Assembly (NCBI GenBank): GCA_002412065.1
Contig: GG730040.1
Location: 2,311-66,310, forward strand
Source of the DNA: Candidatus Parvarchaeum acidiphilum ARMAN-4
Lineage (GTDB): Archaea > Nanobdellota > Nanobdellia > Parvarchaeales > Parvarchaeaceae
Direction: 5' to 3'
Length of the DNA: 64,000 nt
Part shown: one piece after another, positions 1 to 9,529 of the stretch
How the letters are laid out: the number at the start of each line of letters is the position of its first letter
Position numbering within the stretch: position 1 is the first letter of the stretch
Program-made: the position numbers and the translations under genes
The notes under the pieces: generated by a model
Databases searched by the model: none
What the model was told of the DNA's origin: nothing
The model's input: only the letters and a program-made list of their open reading frames with translations

Positions 1-1243
1 ATGCATCAAGTGCCCAGAATACCCTAGTTACCCTAAGTGTGTTTTGTGAAACTGGTTCAGATATATCCCCGCCTGGTGGAGATACTGCCCCTATTATTGT
101 TGCTGCGCCGATTTTTCCGCTTAATATCCTAGCTCTACCAGCCCTTTCATAAAATTCACCTACTCTTCTACCTAAATAAGCCGGGTAACCTTCTTCTCCA
201 GGCATCTCTTCCAATCTTCCAGATAATTCTCTTAAAGCTTCTGCCCATCTTGAGGTACTGTCTGCCATTACTGCAACACTGTAGCCCATATCTCTATAAT
301 ATTCAGCAAGTGTTATTCCTGTGTATATGCTTGCTTCTCTTGCAGCTACTGGCATATTTGAAGTGTTTGCAATAAGTATGGTTCTATCCATTAAAGGTTT
401 TCCACTCTTCGGGTCTTTTAACTCTGGGAATGTCGCAAGTATCTCTGTCATTTCATTTCCTCTCTCACCGCATCCTACATAAACTATAACATCTGCATCA
501 GACCATTTTGCAAGTTGGTGCTGGATTACGGTTTTTCCAGATCCGAACGGCCCTGGAACTGCTGCAGTCCCTCCCATTGCAACAGGAAACATTGTGTCTA
601 TCACTCTTTGTCCTGTTAAAAGAGGTATGTTTGGAGAAAGTTTCTCTTTTACTGGCCTTGCAGTTCTTACCGGCCATCTTGTCATAAGCTTGATTTCTTC
701 AGTTTTATTATTATCTTCTAATATTGCAATGTTTTCTTCTATTGTGTAGTCTCCTTCTTCTGCTATCTTTTTTATTACTCCTTTTTTGTTTGCAGGTACG
801 AGAACTTTATGTTTTATTAACGAAGTTTCTTTTACCTCTCCAATCTCCTCTCCAGGTTCAACAATTTTTCCTTCCTCAACTTTTGGTTTGAAATGCCATT
901 TCTTTTCTCTGTCTAATGAATTGACTTTTACTCCGCTGCTTATGAATGTTCCTTCTTTGTCAAGAATCTTATCTAGAGGCCTTTGTATACCATCAAATAT
1001 TGATCCTATCAATCCAGGCCCTAATTCTACAGAAAGAGGTTCATTACTATCAACTGCCTTTTCTCCTATCCTAAGTCCGCTTGTATCTTCATATACCTGT
1101 ATTATAGCGTTTTCACCCTCAATTTTTACAATCTCTCCAACTAGTTCATTGCCCCCTATAAATACAATATTATTCATCTTTGGGTCTTCAAGGCCTGAAA
1201 CCGTTACAACTGAACCAGAAATTCCTATTATTTTTCCTTCCAT
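1..1243 (-). CDS. atpA: A/V-type ATP synthase catalytic subunit A; start codon and N-terminal ~414 aa in window, CDS continues beyond the window start
   Basis: Reverse-strand translation starting at ATG 1243 gives [21 protein letters not shown]... with the P-loop GPFGSGKTV and conserved GERGNEM and [14 protein letters not shown] motifs of the A subunit. It is not in the ORF track because it has no stop inside the window. It sits directly downstream of atpF. Confidence 0.9.
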   Translation of the reverse strand, partial: MEGKIIGISGSVVTVSGLEDPKMNNIVFIGGNELVGEIVKIEGENAIIQVYEDTSGLRIGEKAVDSNEPLSVELGPGLIGSIFDGIQRPLDKILDKEGTFISSGVKVNSLDREKKWHFKPKVEEGKIVEPGEEIGEVKETSLIKHKVLVPANKKGVIKKIAEEGDYTIEENIAILEDNNKTEEIKLMTRWPVRTARPVKEKLSPNIPLLTGQRVIDTMFPVAMGGTAAVPGPFGSGKTVIQHQLAKWSDADVIVYVGCGERGNEMTEILATFPELKDPKSGKPLMDRTILIANTSNMPVAAREASIYTGITLAEYYRDMGYSVAVMADSTSRWAEALRELSGRLEEMPGEEGYPAYLGRRVGEFYERAGRARILSGKIGAATIIGAVSPPGGDISEPVSQNTLRVTRVFWALDA

Positions 1244-1244
1244 C

Positions 1245-1568
1245 TTATTTTAATTTTGTTATATCCACCCCTAATACTCTTTTTGCTAGGCTTTCTAGCG
1301 ACTCCTTATTTTCCTGTGTTTCCTGTGAAGGTATAAATAGCACCAGTGGGTCAACGCTTAAGTCCAATAAATTGCGTTCATTCTGGTCTGCATAATCTTT
1401 TATATCTTCTTCAGCTATTATAAGATTATATTCTTTGCTTTTTATTAATTTAATTACTTCTGTTAATGCCTCTTTTCCAGATAAATCAATAGAACTTTCA
1501 ATACCTGCAAGTTTTAATCCAAGTGAATCTCTTCTATCTCCTACAAAAATTATTCTTTTAAATTCCAT
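1245..1568 (-). CDS. atpF: A/V-type ATP synthase subunit F
   Basis: ORF 1245..1583. The likely true start is the internal Met ([23 protein letters not shown]), which matches the AtpF N-terminus and leaves only a short overlap with atpC. It is one nucleotide upstream of the atpA ATG. Confidence 0.75.
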   Translation of the reverse strand: MEFKRIIFVGDRRDSLGLKLAGIESSIDLSGKEALTEVIKLIKSKEYNLIIAEEDIKDYADQNERNLLDLSVDPLVLFIPSQETQENKESLESLAKRVLGVDITKLK

Positions 1569-2598
1569 ATCCAATATCAACAACTTTCTTTTCGATATTA
1601 TAATACTTTTTGAACCAGCTTAACCTTATTATATCCCGCTCTATCTCTGCGCTTATTATAAATGAAAGTGTAGATGCAACTGAAAGAGCATTAGCTCTGA
1701 ATATCTGTAGATATTTGTCATGTATAATCCTTTTTAACTCAACTTCGAAGTTGGCTATAAGCCCATCTTCTCTGTAAAGTTCAAGTGCTTCATTTAAGTC
1801 GTATGGTAAATCCTTTATAAAATCTACAATACTCATTTTTGTCATTTCATTTAATCTGTCGATATTTATTGATCCGCCCTTTATCAAAAGCTCCTTTGCC
1901 GGTTTTTTAAGCTCTATTTCTTTTATAACTGTCATGATATTTCTCAAGTCTATTAAACTCTGTATAAATCTAAGAACCGGGCCCTCATTCCCATTATAAA
2001 ATTTGAAGTTTCTTAGCAGATCCGTATAGTATTCTACGTCAAGCGCCAATGACATGCCCGAGACATCTCTGCTTAGTTCTGCAGATACGGAAAAAGGCAA
2101 TAAAACTCTTCCATAATTGTACCGTGTAAGGTAGTTTATGACTTCTACAATATCTTTTTGTTCTATTATGTTTCTGTATTCTTCTTTGCTGATTAATGAG
2201 CTCGAAAATCCTAGTGGAAAGCTTCTGCCTACCGTTAGTAAATTCTCAGTTATCTCTACATTTTTTCCTATAAGTTTAGCAGCAAGTATAAGTTTTATGT
2301 TTTGTATGTCTATTTTTGATAAGTAACTTCTTATCAATGTTTTTCCTATGCTAGGCAAAACTTGCATAGCAGATATGCAGTTATTTAAAAAATGCGTATT
2401 TATTATTATGTCTATGATATCGGGTTCCTTAAATCTATTGTAGAATTGGTCGATCTCATTTTTGTAGGAAGTATTTGAAAGAACGCTTAAAAATTCATCT
2501 TTCTTAGTTTCTTTTATTCTGTCAATTTCGTCTTTTCTTAAAAGGTTGAGATATAATGCTTTCACATGCCCATAAGCGCCTGCATAAGTAGAATCCAT
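1558..2598 (-). CDS. atpC: A/V-type ATP synthase subunit C (V0 d-like)
   Basis: 346-aa ORF in the canonical position between atpE and atpF. Length and helical composition fit subunit C. Confidence 0.75.
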   Translation of the reverse strand: MDSTYAGAYGHVKALYLNLLRKDEIDRIKETKKDEFLSVLSNTSYKNEIDQFYNRFKEPDIIDIIINTHFLNNCISAMQVLPSIGKTLIRSYLSKIDIQNIKLILAAKLIGKNVEITENLLTVGRSFPLGFSSSLISKEEYRNIIEQKDIVEVINYLTRYNYGRVLLPFSVSAELSRDVSGMSLALDVEYYTDLLRNFKFYNGNEGPVLRFIQSLIDLRNIMTVIKEIELKKPAKELLIKGGSINIDRLNEMTKMSIVDFIKDLPYDLNEALELYREDGLIANFEVELKRIIHDKYLQIFRANALSVASTLSFIISAEIERDIIRLSWFKKYYNIEKKVVDIGYGI

Positions 2599-3159
2599 TT
2601 ATGCCCCCAATTTTTGAATTATCTTTTTTGCTATTTTTTCTTCTAATGATTCTATTGTCTTTTTTAGTGATAAGTCTATGGAAAATTTTCCATCAGAAGA
2701 TTCTGCATAAACTCCAAACATGTTCTTTTTAGTGAGTTTCGCATTTTTTTCCTTTTTTCCAAAAACTTGCAGATCCTCTTTGTTCATGAATAATATTGCA
2801 TCCTCTCCGATTCTTTTTTTAGCCTCTTTTATTAATATTGTCATTAACTTTGAATATTCCTGTGTTTTGCTGAATTCTTCTTCCGAAGAATAAAGATTGT
2901 TCATGCTGTCTTTAAATGCTTCACTTACTGCCTTTTTTATTATCTGATCTTTCTCAACATGTATCTTAGCGTTTTCGATCGTTTCTTTTTCTTCTGTAAG
3001 GATCTCTTTTTTAGCTTGTGCTTCTTTTAGAATTTCTGATATTTTTTTATCAGTTTCTTTATTGGACTCGTTTGCTTTAAGCTGGGCTTCTATGATTATT
3101 TTTTTTACTTTTATATCTGTTTCTTTTTCTATGTGTTCAGCTATTTTCTCAAGACTCAT
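2599..3159 (-). CDS. atpE: A/V-type ATP synthase subunit E
   Basis: 186-aa charged coiled-coil protein (MSLEKIAEHIEKE...) with the typical subunit E profile. It is adjacent to atpK. Confidence 0.75.
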   Translation of the reverse strand: MSLEKIAEHIEKETDIKVKKIIIEAQLKANESNKETDKKISEILKEAQAKKEILTEEKETIENAKIHVEKDQIIKKAVSEAFKDSMNNLYSSEEEFSKTQEYSKLMTILIKEAKKRIGEDAILFMNKEDLQVFGKKEKNAKLTKKNMFGVYAESSDGKFSIDLSLKKTIESLEEKIAKKIIQKLGA

Positions 3160-3175
3160 ATTATCTGCTAATGCC

Positions 3176-3409
3176 TCAAAGTATCTGTAATAGCAATATT
3201 AATCCAAGTACAAATCCTATTATCCACAGCGTTTCAGGTATTACAAAGAAGAACAGTACCTGTCCAAATTTTTCTGGCTTTTCAGCAATGATTCCCATTC
3301 CTGCAGCACCTATTCCTTGCTGTGCCATTCCTGTACCTATTAAACCACCTGCTATTGCTATGGCTGCGGCTATTGCATATAAAGCGCCTGCGTCTGTTGT
3401 AACTACCAT
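3176..3409 (-). CDS. atpK: A/V-type ATP synthase proteolipid subunit K (c subunit)
   Basis: 77-aa two-helix hydrophobic hairpin with Gly/Ala-rich helices and a conserved acidic residue (VIPETLWIIG). It is the first gene of the minus-strand atp cluster. Confidence 0.85.
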   Translation of the reverse strand: MVVTTDAGALYAIAAAIAIAGGLIGTGMAQQGIGAAGMGIIAEKPEKFGQVLFFFVIPETLWIIGFVLGLILLLQIL

Positions 3410-3545
3410 ATTCTCTTACGTTTTTTTCTATTTTTAAGCTTTACTATTGTGCAATTGAATTAAAATCAATTTTTTACTTTAAATTTCAAAGAGAAAGCTT
3501 TAAAAAGGGTAATAAAGCGAAAGGTATTTATACTAGTTCATTCAT

Positions 3546-4049
3546 ATGGTTTATCGTAAACATATGGAAATAAACTCAATACCTGATGATGTAATAGAAT
3601 GCCTCTTTGATGCAATAGAAAAAGATAATAAACTTTATATTATCTTGAAAGAGGACAGCAAAGACAATGAAGAGAAGATAGAAAAAGTGTTTGGAAAAGA
3701 TGTTGAATTTCTAGACATGATGGAAATAATGCAGAGAAAGATGTTTTCAGAACTAATGGATGCAACAAGCGTTTTCGATAATGAGCCTTTCCTGAATAAA
3801 TTGGGCTTCAATGAGATAACCGAGATATTTTATGATCTTACAAAACTAGAGCAAAGCAGAAAAATGCTGTTTAATTATGCTCTTCTTGGTAGAAGGGGAA
3901 AAGAAGGATTATTACAGACTTTAGGAGGGGGTAGGCTAACAAAAAGCGCAATATTTGTACCTTCTGCAAATGAAAAGGGTGCAGAGGACTTTATAAAAAA
4001 GTGGAATGTTGAATACTTGAAAAAAAGAGTATTCATCTTAGGAGGGTAA
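3546..4049 (+). CDS. hypothetical protein (167 aa)
   Basis: Clean ORF immediately upstream of cdc48. No recognisable motif. Confidence 0.5.
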   Translation: MVYRKHMEINSIPDDVIECLFDAIEKDNKLYIILKEDSKDNEEKIEKVFGKDVEFLDMMEIMQRKMFSELMDATSVFDNEPFLNKLGFNEITEIFYDLTKLEQSRKMLFNYALLGRRGKEGLLQTLGGGRLTKSAIFVPSANEKGAEDFIKKWNVEYLKKRVFILGG

Positions 4050-4052
4050 AGT

Positions 4053-6344
4053 ATGGAAGATGATGACAAAATGGAAATAAGTTTGAAGGTTGCAGAAGCA
4101 CAGCAAGATGATATAGGACAAAATTTTGTAAGGATAGGAACGCCTTGGATGAAGCAGATAGGTGTCAGGCCGGGGGAGTTTGTAGAAATCGAAGGGAATA
4201 GAAAGACCGTTGCAAAAGTTGATAGAGCGCATCCTGGTGATTTAGGTTTGAATATAATCAGAATGGATGGTACTACAAGAAAGAATGCAAAAGCGGCCAT
4301 AGGTGAAAATGTAATAGTCAGGAAAGTAGAGGTTTATGAAGCTGATGTACTCAACCTTTCTCCTTTCTCTTCAAAATCTATACGCGGTGCAGAAAATGTG
4401 GTGGGTAGGTTACTTTTAGATAGAGCAATATCGAAGGGAGATATAATAACGCTTGGCAGTGGAGGCAGAAGCTCATTTGCTTCGTTTTTTGGAGATGATA
4501 ATGACATAATGCGTATATTTGAGAATACAGCATTTCCGTCTTTCCAATTCGGTTTCTCAGAGCTTCGTTTTTTGGTTACTTCTACATCACCAAAAGGATT
4601 TGTGATAATAACAGAAAATACTGACATAAACATATCGCCTGAACCTGTTAAACTTTCTGAGGAATCAAGAGTCAAGCATGTAAGCTATGAAGATGTAGGA
4701 GGTTTATCAGATGAAGTTTCAAAGATAAGGGAAATGGTCGAAATGCCATTGAAACACCCTGAGATATTTATGAGGTTGGGGATAACCCCTCCAAGAGGCG
4801 TTTTGCTTTACGGGCCTCCAGGAACAGGTAAAACTTTGCTTGCAAGGGCGGTTGCAGATGAAAGCGAAGCGCATTTCATAACAATAAACGGCCCAGAAGT
4901 AATGAGCAAGTGGGTTGGCGACGCAGAAAAGAAATTAAGAGAGATATTTGATGATGCAGAAAAGAACGCTCCGTCTATTATATTTATAGACGAAATAGAT
5001 GCAATAGCAACAAAAAGAGAGGAAAGCATAGGGGAAGTTGAACATAGAGTCGTATCGCAGCTTCTCACATTAATGGACGGTTTGAGAAGTAGAGGAAAGG
5101 TAATTGTAATAGCTGCTACCAATAGACCAAATGCAATAGACCCAGCATTGCGTAGACCTGGAAGATTTGACAGGGAAATAATGTTTGGAGTTCCAAATGA
5201 AAAAGGAAGACTGGAAATACTAAACATACACACTAGAAACATGCCTCTTGACAAGAATGTTAAACTTGAAGAGATTTCAAAGATAACGCACGGTTTTGTC
5301 GGTGCAGATATAGAGTCGCTTATAAAAGAAGCAGCAATGAATGTAATAAGAAGAAATATAAATGAGTTAAATGTTAAGGAGGGCGATAACATACCAAAGA
5401 CAGTTCTTGAAAAGCTTATAGTAACGATGGATGACTTCAGGGAAGCATTAAGGTTTGTAAGACCAAGTGCAATGCGTGAAGTTTTAGTTGAAAGACCAAG
5501 TGTTGGATGGGCAGATGTTGGTGGCTTAGAACAAGTTAAGGCGCAACTTAAAGAAGCAATAGACTGGCCTTTAAAACATCCAGACTCATTCAGAAGGGTA
5601 GGAATAACCCCGCCAAAAGGGATATTGCTTTACGGGCCTCCAGGAACAGGTAAAACTTTGCTTGCAAGAGCAGTCGCACATGAAACTGAATCGAATTTCA
5701 TTGCAATAAAAGGACCGGAGATATACAATAAATATGTTGGTGAAAGCGAGAAAAGGATAAGAGAAATATTTGATAAGGCAAGGCAGGTTTCTCCATCTAT
5801 CATTTTTATAGATGAGTTGGACAGTATAGCTTCTTCCAGGTCTAACTATGAAGGAAATAATGCAACCGAACAAGTAGTTAATCAATTACTTACAGAGTTG
5901 GATGGAATAGAACCTCTTAATAATGTAATTGTAATTGGAGCTACAAATAGGGTTGATAAGGTGGACTCTGCTATACTAAGAACTGGCAGATTTGATAATA
6001 TTGTGTTTGTTCCTCCTCCAGATGAAGATGGAAGGAAAGACATACTTAAGGTATATCTAAATAAGATGCCTATAGAAGGAGATAAAGAAGCTCTTATCGA
6101 TTACCTTATCAAAAAAACTGAAGGATACGTTGGCTCTGACTTGGAGAGGCTTTCTAAAGAAGCAGGTATGAACGCGCTTAGAAATAGTATCTCTGCAAGT
6201 AAAGTAACGAAAGAAGACTTTGAAAAGGCATTGGATCTAGTAAGGCCAAGCTTGACCACTGAAGACGCAAAGAAATACGAAGAAATGGCAAAGAAACTTT
6301 ACAGTAAAAAAGAGAAGGCGAAGGAGCTTAATTACTTCGGTTGA
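4053..6344 (+). CDS. cdc48: AAA+ ATPase Cdc48/VCP-like (N domain plus two AAA modules)
   Basis: Two Walker A sites ([15 protein letters not shown] twice), Walker B DEID/DELD and second-region-of-homology motifs. The N-terminal double-psi barrel region is present ([23 protein letters not shown]). Confidence 0.95.
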   Translation: MEDDDKMEISLKVAEAQQDDIGQNFVRIGTPWMKQIGVRPGEFVEIEGNRKTVAKVDRAHPGDLGLNIIRMDGTTRKNAKAAIGENVIVRKVEVYEADVLNLSPFSSKSIRGAENVVGRLLLDRAISKGDIITLGSGGRSSFASFFGDDNDIMRIFENTAFPSFQFGFSELRFLVTSTSPKGFVIITENTDINISPEPVKLSEESRVKHVSYEDVGGLSDEVSKIREMVEMPLKHPEIFMRLGITPPRGVLLYGPPGTGKTLLARAVADESEAHFITINGPEVMSKWVGDAEKKLREIFDDAEKNAPSIIFIDEIDAIATKREESIGEVEHRVVSQLLTLMDGLRSRGKVIVIAATNRPNAIDPALRRPGRFDREIMFGVPNEKGRLEILNIHTRNMPLDKNVKLEEISKITHGFVGADIESLIKEAAMNVIRRNINELNVKEGDNIPKTVLEKLIVTMDDFREALRFVRPSAMREVLVERPSVGWADVGGLEQVKAQLKEAIDWPLKHPDSFRRVGITPPKGILLYGPPGTGKTLLARAVAHETESNFIAIKGPEIYNKYVGESEKRIREIFDKARQVSPSIIFIDELDSIASSRSNYEGNNATEQVVNQLLTELDGIEPLNNVIVIGATNRVDKVDSAILRTGRFDNIVFVPPPDEDGRKDILKVYLNKMPIEGDKEALIDYLIKKTEGYVGSDLERLSKEAGMNALRNSISASKVTKEDFEKALDLVRPSLTTEDAKKYEEMAKKLYSKKEKAKELNYFG

Positions 6345-6345
6345 G

Positions 6346-7011
6346 ATGGATCACGAAGAAATATACAAGCTTATACTGAATGACGAACTTGGCTGGGAAC
6401 ACCTTATAACCACCATAATAAAGGACGAAGGAATGGATCCGATGGATATAGATCTTATAAAGATCGCCGACAGATTTGCTGCTTTAATCTCTAAAATAAA
6501 TCAAATAGATTTTAGATTTGGAGGCAAATTTGTTTATACTGCTGCGATACTCCTTAAAATGAAGTCTGATACCGTTGTAGATGAAATACTGGAATTAAAC
6601 GTCAAGAAACAGCATGAGGCCCAGCAAAGATACATAAAAGCCGTACCTTTTGATATAGCAGTAACATCAAAACTTCCTATTTTTAGAAGCAGGAAAATAA
6701 CCTTAACAGAATTAATAAATACCATAAGAGAAGCTATGCGCTATAACACAAAACAGAAGATAAACTTTGAATTAAAACTCAAGGAAGTAAAGATAGAAGA
6801 CAGAATAAGAACTCTTCTTTTAAAGTTGGCAAAGCTTTTCAATGCTAAGGAATTAGTATTATTTTCTGAGCTTGTAAATAAAAAGAACGATAGAAAAGAG
6901 ATAATCTACACCCTGCTTCCACTTTTGTTTATATCAAATATGAATAAAGTAGAGATATCGCAAAGCGAACCTTTTGAGGAGATATATATAAAGAGTAGGG
7001 TAAGCAGTTGA
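6346..7011 (+). CDS. scpA: segregation and condensation protein A (kleisin)
   Basis: DPMDIDLIKIADRFAALI...FRFGGKFVYTAAILLKMKSDTVV matches the ScpA N-terminal pattern. It is followed by scpB and lies near smc. Confidence 0.7.
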   Translation: MDHEEIYKLILNDELGWEHLITTIIKDEGMDPMDIDLIKIADRFAALISKINQIDFRFGGKFVYTAAILLKMKSDTVVDEILELNVKKQHEAQQRYIKAVPFDIAVTSKLPIFRSRKITLTELINTIREAMRYNTKQKINFELKLKEVKIEDRIRTLLLKLAKLFNAKELVLFSELVNKKNDRKEIIYTLLPLLFISNMNKVEISQSEPFEEIYIKSRVSS

Positions 7012-7070
7012 AATTTATTTGCTTGTGAACTTTTAAAATCAATAAATGCGACTATTAGTATAGGATTAAC

Positions 7071-7604
7071 ATGGTAAAGATAACTGAATATGTTGAGGCA
7101 CTTATATTCTCGTTCGGTGACGGTATAAGTCTTGAAGAGATTGTAAAAAGAACTAAATCTGACCCAATAATAATCAAAAAGGCAGTTAATGATCTAAATA
7201 AGTCTTATGAGGCTAGAAATAGCGCTTTTTACATATTAACCGAAGGGAATCTTTATAGGATGAGGTTGAGAAGTGATCTTTTGCACCTTGTACAAGATAA
7301 CTTAAGAACAGATATGAGTAAAGGAGTTCTAATGACCCTAAGTTTAATAGTGTTAAATGGGAAGATACCTCAAAGTGAACTTGTTAAAAAGAGAGGTAGC
7401 ATCTCATATCAGCATGTTAAGGAATTGCAGTCCAGGGGTTTAGTATCAGCAGCTATAGAAGATGGCAAAAAAATAATCAGAATTACACCTTTATTTTATG
7501 ACTATTTCGATGTCGATAAAAAAGAGTTCAAAGAAATAAAAGAAACTATCCAGGAAGAAGTAAAAAAAGAAGATGATAAGACTATAGAATATAAGGGGAA
7601 CTAA
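7071..7604 (+). CDS. scpB: segregation and condensation protein B
   Basis: EYVEALIFSFGDGISLEEIVK and a winged-helix repeat architecture fit ScpB. It is downstream of scpA. Confidence 0.7.
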   Translation: MVKITEYVEALIFSFGDGISLEEIVKRTKSDPIIIKKAVNDLNKSYEARNSAFYILTEGNLYRMRLRSDLLHLVQDNLRTDMSKGVLMTLSLIVLNGKIPQSELVKKRGSISYQHVKELQSRGLVSAAIEDGKKIIRITPLFYDYFDVDKKEFKEIKETIQEEVKKEDDKTIEYKGN

Positions 7605-8143
7605 AATACCACAACCTTACGGTTTATATTAATTTGAGGTTTTTCCTCCTTAACAGTGTTGTCTGGCTTTTTTGGCTCTTCAACGGCCTTTTTTTCAGTT
7701 TGTGGCACTTCTGCCGCCTTTACCTTTTCTATTGCTGATTTTATTGCATTTCCTATCGCAGTAAAATCACTTTCTTCCATTTTCTGTGGCTGCCAAACAT
7801 GATTTACAGTATCATCGTTATATCTGGGTATGAGGTGAATTAAAGCATGTGGAGTCACGCTGCCCTTTGTAAGCTCTTTGGTGTAAAGCATCTCTACGTT
7901 ATCTGGAGCTAGTGACAGGAGTATTGCGTATCCAACTGCTCTTGCAACACTTATGTACTGAAGAAACTCGTCCTGCGGCATTTCGTATATATTATTATAA
8001 TGTTTTTTTGGTATCATTATAACATGACCTTTGGAAGCAGGATTAATGTCTAAAACACCCATAACCATCTCATCTTCATATACCTCTTTTGAAGGCACTT
8101 TTTTGTTAGCTATCATGCAAAAAACGCATTTTTCCTCTTCCAT
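7601..8143 (-). CDS. HIT-family (histidine triad) hydrolase with Lys/Glu-rich C-terminal tail
   Basis: CVFCMIANKK...PASKGHVIMIPKKH...HALIHLIPR contains the HxHxHxx histidine triad. Confidence 0.8.
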   Translation of the reverse strand: MEEEKCVFCMIANKKVPSKEVYEDEMVMGVLDINPASKGHVIMIPKKHYNNIYEMPQDEFLQYISVARAVGYAILLSLAPDNVEMLYTKELTKGSVTPHALIHLIPRYNDDTVNHVWQPQKMEESDFTAIGNAIKSAIEKVKAAEVPQTEKKAVEEPKKPDNTVKEEKPQININRKVVVF

Positions 8144-8309
8144 AATTTTATTAAACGTTTAAAGTATTTATTCTTAAGTAAAATATTCTTGTGTTGCTTA
8201 TTATTTTCTTGTGCGATTCATTTATTGTTTATTCTAAAAATATACAATTATACGCTGTGAAAATTACGATTTATAAAAAGCTTTTAAATAACAAAAACTT
8301 TGTAGTATA

Positions 8310-8570
8310 ATGAAAGCAAAAAGCAACTTAAAGTTTGTCGACGAGGAGAAAAGAGCAGTCGATGCGGCGATCGGCCTTATTCTGTTCGGATTAGGAATAA
8401 CCCTTATAGTATTTGGCTTGGTTTCCATACTTTCGACAGCAGTTCTAAGTGGGTATTTCTACAAGACTGTTACAACTCCTCCATCGTCTTACATATACCC
8501 TTTATTTGAGGTAATAATAGGAATAGTAGTGTTTTCCTTCTCAATGTGGGTATTTAAGGCAAAAATATAA
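8310..8570 (+). CDS. small membrane protein (2 predicted TM helices)
   Basis: 86-aa ORF with two hydrophobic stretches and a TATA-like upstream region. Confidence 0.45.
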   Translation: MKAKSNLKFVDEEKRAVDAAIGLILFGLGITLIVFGLVSILSTAVLSGYFYKTVTTPPSSYIYPLFEVIIGIVVFSFSMWVFKAKI

Positions 8571-8669
8571 GCATTATTTTATTTTTTATTTTTTTTACTT
8601 TTATTCTTGGTGAAAAAAGGAAAGATTTATATACTTCTTTATTGCTAAGTATTATGTAGGTGATAAATT

Positions 8670-9467
8670 ATGGCATTATCGTTCAGTGAAGATTATATAG
8701 CAAAAATAAGGAGAATGTTTGGCTTAAACTTATATGAAGCAAAGGTTTGGCTGGCATTGCTTTCTCAAGGCAAGTCTACTTCAGGTAAATTAAGTGAAAT
8801 AGCCAATATACCCAAGTCAAGAGCATACGATATACTAGTTTCGCTTGAAAACGGAGGTTTTATAGTTAGGGATTTAAGCAAGCCTATAAGTTATAGGGCT
8901 ATTCCTCCTCAGGAATTGATAGAAAAACTAGAGGATAAGGCAAAGGAATCACTTGAACAGAAACTTGAAAAATTAAACAAGTTAAAAGGCAGTGCAATGT
9001 TAAATGACCTTCAAAATTTGTATGATAAAGGAATAAAATATGTTGATGAAGGCAAAGTTGCCAACTCATATCAAGGTTTAGATAATATATACTTCAGGAT
9101 AAAGAAAAGCATAAACTCCGCAAAGGGGGAAATTGTATTGATTACAACAGAACAGTCCTTAGAAAGCAAGATAAGTGCACTTGAAAGAGCACTTAAAAAG
9201 GCAAAAGCCAATAATGTGACAGTGCACGTTTATGCTCCAGTAAAGGATGTTAATGAGACATTAATGAATGAGATAAAACAGTTTGGCAAGTTAAACAAAA
9301 CAGACATTGACATAGGCAGATTTGTGATAGTAGACGGAAATGAGATATTTATATTCACTGAAAACGAGAGTGAAACTCATCCAAGTAACGAAGTAGTTCT
9401 TCACATAAAAGGCAAATATCTACCAGAGAAAATGAAAAAGCTGGTGTCCTCGCATGTTGTTAGCTAA
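8670..9467 (+). CDS. TrmB-family transcriptional regulator
   Basis: N-terminal wHTH LYEAKVWLALLSQGKSTSGKLSEIANIPKSRAYDILVSLENGGFIV is typical of TrmB-like sugar regulators. Confidence 0.7.
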   Translation: MALSFSEDYIAKIRRMFGLNLYEAKVWLALLSQGKSTSGKLSEIANIPKSRAYDILVSLENGGFIVRDLSKPISYRAIPPQELIEKLEDKAKESLEQKLEKLNKLKGSAMLNDLQNLYDKGIKYVDEGKVANSYQGLDNIYFRIKKSINSAKGEIVLITTEQSLESKISALERALKKAKANNVTVHVYAPVKDVNETLMNEIKQFGKLNKTDIDIGRFVIVDGNEIFIFTENESETHPSNEVVLHIKGKYLPEKMKKLVSSHVVS

Positions 9468-9529
9468 TGTCGTAAAAAGTCTGTGAATAGTTAGCATTTA
9501 ATATTTAGAATTTTTTTAGATAGTTAAAT

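Noticed and set aside
786-1395. Plus-strand ORFs 786..1253 and 1180..1395
   Set aside because: Antisense to atpA and atpF. Low-complexity S/P/T-rich translation, with no start context.
3171-3437. Plus-strand ORF 3171..3437
   Set aside because: Mirror-strand shadow of the atpK proteolipid gene.
4808-5392. Minus-strand 194-aa ORF
   Set aside because: Lies entirely inside cdc48 on the opposite strand.
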